Shown: piece after piece, positions 24,221-35,585 of the stretch | Layout of the letters: every line of letters starts with the position of its first letter | How positions within the stretch are numbered: the stretch's first letter is position 1 | Assembly: GCA_001179505.1 (NCBI GenBank) | Contig: CDMY01000499.1 | Coordinates: forward strand, 248,001 to 312,000 | Direction: 5' to 3' | Source of the DNA: Vitrella brassicaformis CCMP3155 | Taxonomy: Eukaryota > Protista > Chromerida | DNA: 64,000 bases | Position numbers and translations under genes: made by a program | The notes under the pieces: model-generated | Told to the model about the DNA's origin: nothing | The model's database searches: none | The model's input: the letters and a program-made list of their open reading frames with translations, nothing else

Positions 24221-24657
24221 TGTCACTCAATAGTGGGATGCATTGCGGCCATTGGAGAGGGCGTGGACAGCTGGCCGACTCGCCAAAACCGGAGCATCAG
24301 GAGGAGGGGGAAGGAAGGTTTCTAAGGTTTCTCTGCCGATCCTCCCTCTCGGGCGGTTTCACGGAATGTTGTGGCAGATGCAGGGTACATCCGACGCCTG
24401 GAGGCCGGCTGGCCCTGGTGTAGCTGCCGGTCTCCCATTGTTGATTCATTCATCAAACAGTCCTGGATAGCTGGTCCCAGGCGAAACAAGGGCACCAAGG
24501 CATGCCTCCTGAGAAAGGTCAGCCGCCGCTGCGGCGCCGCACCGAATGCAAACGAGGGGGAGAAAGGCGAAGCACGCGGAAGCAACTCTCTGTGATGTGC
24601 AGATGGCCTGGCCGTGTAGGATGGATGGAGTCGCTGTTTGAAGTCCTTTGGTAGGCG

Positions 24658-27343
24658 ATGGCTGCTGCGTCCTCTCATTCATCGGCAGATCGCAGCCGTC
24701 GTGCAGCCAGGTGAGTGGCAGAAAGGAGGGGAGGAGCCAGGGGACATGCAGGTGGCCGCCTGTGTCCTTGATCTATTCAGAGTGGCGAGGGGCAGCTCGA
24801 CGCCCTGCTCAGACCGCAGGGCTTCTCTCTCGGCACGATCGTCGGCGGGGATGGCAGCGAGTGCAGCAGCCCCGCCAACCGACAGCTGGCGTCCGCCATT
24901 ATGTGCCGCACGCCCCAGCCAGATGCTCAAGTCCGGGGACTCTGCCGTGAGGAAGGAGCTGATGCCGACATCAGCATCCTTCTGGCCATGCACCATCCAC
25001 ACTCACCCGCCAAACACATGAAGCCCATCAGCCTGCTCTCCCTGGCCATCGACGGGGCCGACAGCTCTGTTTGTGTCTGGGGGACAAACGACAGGGACCT
25101 CCACCTCCCTCAGTGGCCCTCTCATGAGGTGCAGCGGGCGGTGCTCGAGGCGCTCATCGCCTGTGGAGCAGACTCGAACGGCGGCACACCGAAACCCCTG
25201 GAGGTGGCACGCTGGTGCGGCAATCTGACGGCTGTGGAGGTGCTACTCAAGAATGGGGCGGCTGTGCGAGGCCTGCGCCTTGGCCACCTCCTACCTGGAG
25301 ATCTCCTTCCCTCCTCCCCCCGCCCCGAGTATTACAGCGCCCTGATAGCCGTCTACCGCCGGCTGCTCGAGCATGACCCGACACTGGCGACCGAGAAGGA
25401 CGACGACAGCGACACCCCCATGCACGCGGCACTCAACACAGAGACGTCGCGTCCACTGCCATCGGAGCTCCTGTGCTCCCACCTCGACCTACTGGCCGAG
25501 CACGGGGCCTCCCTCACCGCCAGGAATGCAGGGGGCAACACGCCCCTCGATTGCGCTGTGATGCTGGCTGTGCCGAGTGCGGTGGAGTGGCTGTGTGAGC
25601 GTCTCGGGAGGGAGGAGATCAACAAGAGGAGTGGGAAATTCATGCCGCTGGAGCTTGTGGCCGTGTATGCCAGTGCGAAGCTGCAAGACCTTTCAGCTGA
25701 CAAGGTCGACAGACTGAAGGAGGTGATCCGCGTGCTGCTGCAGCATGGCGCGTCCCCCGACCGCATGCGTGCTGACCCTCATCCGCGCAGCTTGGTGTCG
25801 GACATAGAGCGAGAGATGTCCCAGCGGCCCCCCTCCCCGCCCCGCTGCATTCCCCCAATCATCGAGTGCCCATCTCCCTCCACCCCACAGCAGCAGCAGC
25901 AGCAGCAGCAGCTCCCGCCACAGGTCAAGAAGGCGGCAGATATGGCCAAGACCATGGCAAAGAAGGCGAGCAAGGGCGGATCGACCACAGTCAGAAGGGT
26001 CAAGATGGCGTCGACTGATGGTGGGCCGGTGGACACTATCGGCTTCGTCTTTGAGCTCACCGGCCTGCAGCATACGCAGTGGGCGGCCGACGCGACTGAG
26101 GGGGCGTTGCAAACGGCCATGTCAGCTGGGCGGGCCGTTGTGGATTACTGGCGGAACAAGATGGCCTCACCTTCAACATTGGCGGATCTTGTTTCTCTGA
26201 CGGACTCCATAGACCTCGGCAACAGCTCCACGATGCAGTTCTTTTTGCGGCGAATCGCAGGTATGCGCGCATTCACACGTGCAGGCGGGCGGGCGGACAA
26301 GAGGGGCAGCACGTCCGTACTTTTACGTGTCCGTCCCTTCTCTTTGTGTGACAGGGTCTGTGGTCAGTGAGCGAGCGGCTCGCGGCGCGTCTGTTCCCAC
26401 TGCACCACCCCAATCCGACCGCCCCATTCCTCTCACTACCGCAGTGGTTTTCATCCTCGCACTCATCAAGACCGACAAACAGCTCATTAGTCGCTGCCAG
26501 CCCGAAGAGCGGTTTGCATTGCGGCAGCTGAGGGCGACTTCCCAGGCCACTTGCGATTCCGCTGGTGGCGAGCGCGTGGGACTCAACATGGCTACCCACG
26601 ATGCATTCGGCTCGGCTGAGCTGCCCGTCGTGTGGGCTGGGGCAGTGGGCTTCCGCGAGGTGACAGAAGCGTGTATCAGCATGCTTGCCATCCTGCTGGG
26701 CGGCCTGTCGGAGCCCCAGCGGCGCGTCATCAGAGAGACGGCCGAAGCCGCAGGGGCTCGTTCAGGTCTGCTTCAAGATGCCGCCAGTCGGTCCACGGCG
26801 GCCAGCGGTGGTCTTCCAGCACTCTCAGACACTCATGGCAGCCAGGTGAACCGACAGAAACGTGTCATGCAGCGGCTAACCCACTCATCGGTCCGGTCCC
26901 TCTGTGTGTGTCATTCTGCCTGTTTCGACCAGTCTGGCGCCATAGCGTTGGCGAGCAGCCCATCATCATCTTCATCGGCTACCCCGCCCTCCCTGCCGCC
27001 CCTCCCGCCCTCAGCACACGACGGTGCCATGGGCAAGAAGGCGAACAGCACCACCACTAACAGGAAGGGCAGCAACCAGCCACGAGAGACGGGAGCAGCA
27101 GAGTGCGTCGGGCGGCTGGCAGATGAGGGCACCACAGGGGGTCGACGAGGCAGCGGACGGCACAGGCAGTGGATGTCGTCTGAGGCGATGGACGGAGAGG
27201 CGCCCGAGTCACCGACAGCAGCACGCAGTAGCTGGGCAACGCGTGGCCGTGGCGTCCATTCGCTTCTCAGTCCATTCGCTGCCGCCAGCAGCCACGGTCC
27301 TAGCACAATGTCGTCCTCATCAGCTGCCTGGCCCTCCTCGTAA
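24658..27343 (+). CDS. Ankyrin-repeat protein, paralogue 2, with unrelated C-terminal region
   Basis: Shares the module seen in 18872-21726 (LPQWPSHEVQRAVLEALIACGAD, YRRLLEHDPTLA, LLAEHGASLTARN, VEWLCERLGREEINKR). C-terminal exons after introns at ~26261 and ~26846. 5' exon junction tentative. Confidence 0.7.
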
Positions 27344-27406
27344 GCCACCCGTCGTCTTGCGCATCCCGCAAAGAGCTTCTCTTGTCGCCTTGTTATTTGT
27401 GGCAGT

Positions 27407-30400
27407 ATGCCGTCGGGTGTGCCAGTCGGGGATGGATCTTCGTGTGACGGCAATCGGGCTTCGTCCAAACTGAGAGTGCCCCCGGGCAGCAGCAAGGTGC
27501 GCGATCTCCAAAGGAGAAGACTGAGTCGACGGGTGGAATCAAAACATGTCACGTGTCGCTTGGGTGTTGGATTGAATACAGACGACGAGTAACAGTGCCG
27601 TTGGTTCGCACTTGGAGCAGGCGGAGAGTCTGCTGGGGTGTCAAGGCCTCTCTTTGGCGAGCTTTGACGTCCATTGCAAGACGCCGACGGCCACGAGTGC
27701 CTCTGCCTCTCGAGAGCTGCTGTGTCGGACCATGTGCCGCACCCTCACAGGCGGCGAGGTACGGCGGCTGTTTCGAGAGAAAGGAGCTGATGCGAATACG
27801 ACGCTTGGGATCAAAGGCGAGCAGCCATTGACGGTTCGGAGCGGTGAAGGGGAGCCATTGATGCAACTGCCCCGGCCAGCAGCCCGTGTGAGCGTGCTGT
27901 GCCTCGCAGTGGACGACGACTTCGACAGCTGTCCTCCCGTCTGGTCGGCCGTGACCCAGCACCTCAAGCTCCCCACCTGGCCCTCTCGCCGAGTGCAACG
28001 AGATGTCATGGAGGCGCTCGTCAAATGCGGTGCTGACGTGAATGAGGGCGTGCGGGGCCTCTGTCCCCTCAATGTGGCCCACATGATGGCCAACATCACG
28101 GCGACCGAGGTGCTGCTCGAGAGTGGGGCGGCTGTGCGTGATGAAGGGGATGATGCCCCACTGGTCGAGACGTCGGATGGGGCGAGAAGAATATCCTCGG
28201 CGCTGGCGATCGGCTTCACCCCCAAATATGCAGCCCCGTCACATCCCACACCTTCATACGAGACGGCCCTGCTCGAATTCTATCGTCGGCTGTTCGAGTA
28301 CGAACCGACACTCGCGAGCCGCCACTTCTCTGGGATGACGGCCATGCACTCTGCCTCCCAGGCCCCGCCCGGCTTGTCGGCAGCCTTCATGCGCGGCTAT
28401 CTCGACTTGTTGGTGGCAAAGGGTGCCTCCCTCGATGCCAGAACCGATGATGGGAACTCGTCCCTCAGCATGGTTGCATACTGTGGTGACGCTGGCCTTC
28501 CAGTGGTCGAGTGGCTGTGTGAGCGGCTCGGGCCCGACGAGATCAACAGCGAGAACCACAATGCTGTGGGCCTGACGGGAACAGCACTGCGTGCGGCGGC
28601 GCATCGCCTCGCGGAGCAGCTCAGCAAAGAGGGGACCCCACCCGAACAGATCGACCGACAAAGGCAGATCATCCGCACTCTGTTGCGATATGGTGCGGAC
28701 ATCGGCCTCCCCCCACCGACAGCTCCTTGCGGCAGTACGCGCGCGATCTAGTGCTGGAGATCCAGCAAGGGATGCAGCAGTCTGCGGCGAATGGTGCGGG
28801 TAGCTCTCAGCCGAGTGGGCCGTCAGTGCCCTCCACCGCTCCATCCACAAGGTAAGGCAGACGAGAACCATACTGGCGTGACGAATGCCTCACTGGTTGC
28901 TCTCTATGGCTGTGGTGTGGTGTGTGCAGCCGGTCACGTGCTCCGATCGACGAGGACGCCCGTCAGCCGTCTTCGTCAAGTGCTGACACGTGAGCCGTGC
29001 ACTCGATTGAGACGATGGACAGCACCACCATCATTCTGACGTCTTATATCTGTCTGTGGCTGCTCTCCTGTTTGCAGTAGTGCTGCTGCTGCGGCCTCTG
29101 CTGCTGCGAGTGCCTCTGCGTCTGTGCCGTGCACCACTGCCGAGAGATGGAAGGACACTGGCAATGCTCTGTTTTTGGCCGACAAGTATCTCGACGCTTA
29201 CCGCTCGTACCTCAAGGTGGGCCACACACACAATGACTGTCACGTCTGACCCGTCGATGCAAATGGCTTCCTTCTATGATGTCTGTGTGGCGTCAGGGCA
29301 TCCGAGCAGAGCGTGAGACCCTCGCCGAGCTGCTCATTCGCCGCTCCCAGTGCCTCATCGGGATGGGGAGCTACCTCAGTGCCTTCATCGACGTCACCAC
29401 CTCCCTGCGTATCCTCCCGCCCCCACACTCCATCGAGCCAGGCAGCAAGTACGCCATCCTCCAGGAGATCGCCATGATTGTCTACAAGCCCCTCATCGCG
29501 CAACTCACCGGTGCAGCCTACAACAATGATATCCAGGACGTCGATCTGCCATCGAAAGGAGCGATCGCGGCACTCATGACGGACGCCATGACGCAGCTGT
29601 GCTCGACAGACCGGCCGGTCGTCGAGGCACCGCAGCAAGTGACGGATGCGCTCACGGAGGGCGCGGCGCTGCAGGACGGCGAGAGATATCTCGAAGCACA
29701 GGACGTCTTCACCGCTGGTCTGGCGGCCGCTGATGTGTCGACCCTCGTGGCCCTGCTGAGCAACGCGGCTGCGTGTCTGCTCAAGCCGGAGCTCATCAAG
29801 GAGGGCGGGCCGGACGCCGTCGGCTGTGCTGCCGCCGCATTCCATCTGAGCTGCCTGAAGGGGCCCTGCCAGCAGCTGAGTGCCATCCAGCAGAAGATCC
29901 TCTTTCGGCTGGGCCAGGGGCTGCTGGCGGAGCGGCTGTTCGATGCTGCAAGTGCCGTCGTCCAGGCACTCACCAAATATGTAAGCTGCAATGGGACGCT
30001 CATTAGATGGTGACGATTGTGTGGCTGTATGTATCTCTGTCAGGGTTTGGAGGGTCAGATGGCGGCAGATGTCACCACGCTGCAGCGGCGCATCCGCACC
30101 CACGCGGCCAATGCCAGCGGTGTGTACGATTGGGCGGCCATCTACCGACAGGCAAAGGACAACGCGCAGAACAGACAGCTCGGCAGGACCACGCTCATCG
30201 ACGTGGCTGAGTACGTCGGGCCAGTCGCCATCCGCCACGCCGCCGACAGCCAGCCGAGCGTCGTCGCCACACAGGATGTTCCGCCGGGGCAGCTCCTTAT
30301 TGTCCAGAAGCCCGTCGTGGTGGAGCGGGCATCGTCGCAAGACAGTGGGCGATTCGACGAGCGGCTGGTGGCACGGCTGGCCTCGCAGTGTGACAGCTGG

Positions 30401-31557
30401 CACCCTCGGCTGGTCTCTCAGCTGTGCTGTCTGCCGCCCAGCAGGGGACAGCCGTCGGCCATCCGGGGGCCTCCAGCTCCCGAGACGTGTCTAGGGCTGC
30501 CCCCGGCCTATTTTCCCCTGGTGCCGCGGTTCATCTGGTCCGCCGCCGGGGAGGAGTTCGGTCCTCCCGTGGCACAGATTGACAGCGACCCTGACCGCCT
30601 CCGCCGGCTGGTGGATTTCAACACCCGCACTGCTGACGATATCATTGAGACCTCCATGCAGGCCCTCATTTCTGCTGTGGATGAGTCAGCTGATCGTCTT
30701 TGGACAGCCTCAGGTGAGTAAGGCTTCTCATCAAGCAGAGAGCTGCAGATAGAGCACTGTCTGACATGAGTTTTGCGATGCATGCAGATGGCCTGTGGCC
30801 GTTGCCATCGCTGTTGAGCCACGCCGGAGCGAAGCGCAATGCCATCTGGTAAGCCACGCACTCGCAAGAATGGCACTGTCGAGACGGCGCAGGCTCATTT
30901 GTGCTGCCTGGTTCGCGCAGGTATGTCGTTCTTAAGGACCTCATGGTGGTCCGTGCCGCCCGCCCCATCGCCCGCGGCAACGAGGTCACCGTCTCCTACT
31001 GGGACCTGTCCGTCACCAGTACAGCCGCGAAGCTTTCTGGCGCGAGGGAGCTGGCGAGGCGATATGACCTTCCCGATCCGCTGCACCAGTACAGCCCGCG
31101 TGTGGCAAGGGTGATCGAGCAGGTGGATCAGCGGCTGCAGGTGGTGCGGCAGAGGCGCCCAGCTGGAGGGGAGACCTTGCGTGAGCTGGCCGAGATGCTG
31201 CAGAGAGTGCGCGCCCTGAACGTCGACACCGTCATGGTCCCGCGGCTGCTGGCGCTGCAGTTGCTGTGTCTGCTCGAGAGGAGGCGAGTGGCGGAAGCGG
31301 TGGCAGTGGCTCGTGAGTCGGTTGCCAGCTCCCGTGCACTGCTATCCTATGACATCCATGACATCCGCGAGCTAGCAATATCTCTGTCAGCACTCTCCGT
31401 TGTCAGAGGCACCAACCGGAGAGAGGCCCTGGCCGGGATCGCGGGGGCCTGTGAGGTCATGTTCGGGACGGCCGAGGCCCTGAGCATCCTTTACCTGACA
31501 GACCGACACAACTCGCCTGCACCATGCATTCGTCGATGGATGGACGGATGTGTGTGA
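27407..31557 (+). CDS. Ankyrin + TPR + SET-domain protein (paralogue 3), interrupted by one frameshift at ~28710
   Basis: ATG 27407, intron 27497-27581, ankyrin module, frameshift in a C-run, then TPR motifs (AERWKDTGNALF..KYLDAYRSYLK; LAELLIRRSQCLIGMG) and split SET motifs (VGPVAIR...VVATQDVPPGQLLIVQKP; GLWPLPSLLSHAG.KRNA; MVVRAARPIARGNEVTVSY). 3' end runs up to the gap and may be incomplete. Confidence 0.75.
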
Positions 31558-31588
31558 GAGGAGAGGGGCCTTCCGCCTTTGCTCTCGG

Positions 31589-31888
31589 NNNNNNNNNNNN
31601 NNNNNNNNNNNNNNNNNNNNNNNNNNNNNNNNNNNNNNNNNNNNNNNNNNNNNNNNNNNNNNNNNNNNNNNNNNNNNNNNNNNNNNNNNNNNNNNNNNNN
31701 NNNNNNNNNNNNNNNNNNNNNNNNNNNNNNNNNNNNNNNNNNNNNNNNNNNNNNNNNNNNNNNNNNNNNNNNNNNNNNNNNNNNNNNNNNNNNNNNNNNN
31801 NNNNNNNNNNNNNNNNNNNNNNNNNNNNNNNNNNNNNNNNNNNNNNNNNNNNNNNNNNNNNNNNNNNNNNNNNNNNNNNNNNNNNNNN
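31589..31888. other. Assembly gap (300 N)
   Basis: Run of N followed by a G run. Confidence 1.
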
Positions 31889-31980
31889 GGGGGGGGAACA
31901 GGGTAGGGCAGGGCAGGGCAGCCTCTGTGTGTGTGTTGTGTGCGTGTTGCATTTGTGTGCGTCAAGTGGTCGTACTCATT

Positions 31981-34900
31981 GGTGTCAAGTGCTGGCCAGC
32001 CATGTGTCCGTCTGAGCCCCATGGATGGGCTCAACGATCACATGGCATGCCGGGCCGGGCCGCTGCTGGAGATGTCATGACTCGCCGCTCGACGGGTGCG
32101 CGTGGAGAGTGCCAACGTGCTTGTGCATAGGTGCTACTTGCATATCTCTCTCTATCCATACGTTGTCTTGTTCACCGCAGGCAGGAGGGACACATGATGC
32201 TATGCTTGTGGGGGGGGTGTCTCGGTGTGTATAACGTCCGGGCGCGGCGGGTAGTCCATTACATGGCATGCAGACAGACACCTGCAGTGTGTTATGTGTA
32301 TAGCTAAATGTCATCTCATCTCTTGTTGGTCTGTCTGTCTCTCTGTTTGTCCGTGCGGTGCGTCACTTCAAGCAAATCACAGATTGAGTATGAATGACAA
32401 TCCAATTCAAATCAATCAGCTGCTGTGCACGTCAAGTCGACTCTCTCAAAGTGGCATCACTGCCAAAGATCACATGAGATGAGACGTCTGTGAGGCTAAA
32501 CATGAGACCCGTGAGACTGTCACAAAATATACGATCACCAGCAGATATAAAATGTAGACAGCGATGTGACGGACATCGGAGGAATCGAGTACCCGATTCC
32601 CCCGGCACACCCCACGATGGCCGGCCGATTTCGCCCACAGCTGATGTGGCAGGATGCCACACCCACCTTTTGTGTGGGGTGGCTGCCATGTACGGATGCG
32701 AAGAAGATATTGTCGGGATCCGTCTCGTCGAGCCATAACTTGAAAGACTCCTCTTGCAGCGTCAGGCCCTGCGCACTTACAAAGCGACCGGAGGGCGGTG
32801 CGAACGACACCTGCAGACAGACATTAATCACAGCAACGCAAAGACAGAGACAGGTACAGTGAGGGTCATTTGAGCTCACCGTCCTCATGCGTCTGCGGAC
32901 GTTTCGGACGATGACCTCGGTGCCATTGCCGTGGTGGACGTCGAAGTCCACAATGGCGACTCGCTCCACCCCTTCACACACGGATACATCCGAAATCGAT
33001 GGGAATGTGGCTTGTTGTGCCTGTGGTCTGCTAGCTTGCTTACCTTCCCTCCAATATCGTGCTCGAGCGTGAGCCGCCCCAATCGCCACATTGTTAAGGA
33101 GGCAAAAGCCCTGGCTGCCAACACTGTGAGACACACGGACAGCACAAACATCCATCTATGTGCCGTGCACGTTGTCTTTCTGTGAGTGTATGTATGCCAG
33201 GTTGCCGTGGTAGTCCTGACACACAGAACACAACACAACACAACCTCATCTGATCTGCCGCATCCATGCACTTCGTAATCATACCGGTACGTTGGCCTCG
33301 ACGTGCTTCATTCAGCGACCTGCGGTGCAGGACGGTACATCCGTTGAAGTCTCGGGCGTTGCACAAGGGGCTGGGGTGCTCGAAAGCAACCAACAACTGT
33401 AGGCACTTCAACACATCCCCGCGGCACTCCTCGAGCCCTGACAGATACATACACAGATACGTGCACCCAGGCCATCCATGCTCATTCATGGCCTCCCCTC
33501 CCTCCCTCTCTCCCTCCTTTCCTCGCTGCCTCCCCTACTGACGCACCAGCTTGCGCCATGGCGAGTGTGATGGTGGGGATGCCGTTATACCCTCCTCGCA
33601 AGCTCAGCGGGTCGTCATTGATGAAGAATCCCATCTTGCCCTTGCCCTTGCCCTTCCCCACGCCGCCGCCACTGACGGGCTGGGCCGCTTGGCCCTTCGC
33701 TGCCTCCATCAGGGCCCGCAGAAACGTGGGCTTAGCGTGCAACAAGCAGAGCTTGGCCGGCGACAGCTCCACGCCATTCCCTCCCCCACGCGCACCGCCC
33801 ATACCTGCAAACAAACAAAGACCCATCTTCATGAGTCGTGGAGTGCTTTTTTCGCTTACACACCGTTCTGGTAATAGGGAAGAGCCAGCGCCCTCTTGAA
33901 GGCCTGGATGGGTGCGTCGAAGTAGATCATGTCGTTGAGTTCCCATCCGTCGAATGCGGCCAGCTCCTCTTGCTCGTCATTGGCGTCCTTGCGCCGAGCG
34001 ATGGCGGCTGAGATGCCCGTGGCCTCGCTGCCTTGCTGCCTTCGGGCGAAGGAAGGGAAGAGAGGGCCGCTCCAAGTTCAACACCTTCTATCAAAAAACA
34101 GTTGGCCCGCAGTCTCTGATATCGCGATGAATCTCGACCGTCCCGCACTCCGTTTCGGTCAGAATTTTCCTGCGCGGACATTCACAAGCGTTCAAACACA
34201 CAGCACTTGTGCATTTGCTGGTTGGTTTGCTTCTCTTTTCTTGTGTGTTGGTGTGTGGCCGTTTGTGTTGGAATGGGTGACTCGTTGATGAGATGTGATA
34301 CGATGAATGCTTCCAGCCAAAGATCAAATGTCAGTTGGTGAGGCTAAACCTCAGACGGTCACCAGACGATCAGCAGCATCAGCTGCGCAATAGCGCCACT
34401 CACATGTAATGAAATGGAGGCAGCGATAATGCCTCCCTTCACGCCGTGGCCATGATGTCTGTCCACACACATCACATGAAAGGGATGGCACGCGTGGCGG
34501 ACGTCAGCAGAATCGATCAACACCGATGCACACACATTGGCCGGCCAATTATGTGCGCCAAAGTCATCAGACGCGACAAACAGATATGATTCCACCTTGT
34601 GCAGGGCGCCTCACCCACCTCACCCACAATGCCAAGCACCTGCGCTCTCCCGGGTAAGGCATCTATCGACTCGTCGACCGTCCGTCCGTCTGTCTGCCTG
34701 TCTGCCTGTCTGCCTGTCTGCCTGTCTGCCTGTCTGCCTGTCTGCCTGTCTGCCTGTCTGTCTCCTTGTGAGCTGCGAGGGCGTGTAAACATGCAATGTG
34801 GCTTTTGTCTACGTAGGCTGACCGACCTTGGTGGGTGCATCCCTTCCGTGTCAAAAGGAACATTCAGAACACCACAAACACTCGATCATGGATGGATCCA

Positions 34901-35570
34901 CAGGCAGCAAATCCAATTAATCAATGCGCACACATGGTGAACGGGAGACACAGACACAAAACACAGTTCGGAAACAATACAGGGAGGATGGATGAGAGAG
35001 GGAAGAAACGAAGAGACGAAGAGAGGAAGAGAGGGAAGAAACGAAGACACCAACCGACCAAGCAACCAACGTGACGGCAGGCACCGGCAGGAGGAAGTCA
35101 GAGTGGCGGACAGACGGCTGTGTGCGTGTGTGTCACCGAGCATCACATCCATTCTCATGTCATGTGCCTGCCTGCCTGTCTGCCTGTCTGCCTGAGGCTG
35201 GCAAGCTGAATTCCGAAACAATACAGAGAGGACGGAACAGAGAATGAGCAAGAAAGAGAGAGAGAGAAAGAACCGAAAAGGAATCGATACCCACACAATG
35301 GCCGGCCCTCCACAGCAAGACTAGACTAGGCCTCAATCAACACATGTAGCCATCTATGCGATTACATCCGCCAAACGCAGATATCTGAGACATCGCAAAC
35401 ACAGATAAGACACCAATGTGCAGGGCGCTTCACCGCCCCCACCACCCACTTACCAGTAATTGCCTGATCGTCTGCGGGGGTCACGCACGCCGCTGCAGCG
35501 ACGCACTGGACGCCCCTGCGCACACGCACGTCACCACACAACACACACCACATCCATCACCATGCTGCTG
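31981..35570. repeat. Segmental duplication unit A (partner 43762-48040)
   Basis: Near-identical blocks: 31981-32588 vs 43762-44342; 33530-33970 vs 45870-46310; 34060-34200 vs 47130-47310; 35040-35560 vs 47520-48030. Confidence 0.9.
32687..34060 (-). pseudogene. Internally deleted ankyrin-HDAC pseudogene
   Basis: Exon remnants matching the gene at 35586-41234 (ELNDMIY, AKLCLLHAKP, CTVLHR, DYHGNLA, GFCLLNNVAIG, DFDVHHGNG, FFASVH). No in-frame ATG, a frameshift after LHR, a ~1.6 kb deletion after DYHGNLA (~33196), a donor changed to GC at 32686 and loss of all downstream exons. Confidence 0.8.
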
Positions 35571-35585
35571 CGCGCACACCTGCAT

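Noticed and set aside
31981-32588. Shared 600-nt block (also 43762-44342) as a transposon
   Set aside because: No terminal inverted repeats, target-site duplication or transposase seen; explained by the segmental duplication unless more genomic copies are found.
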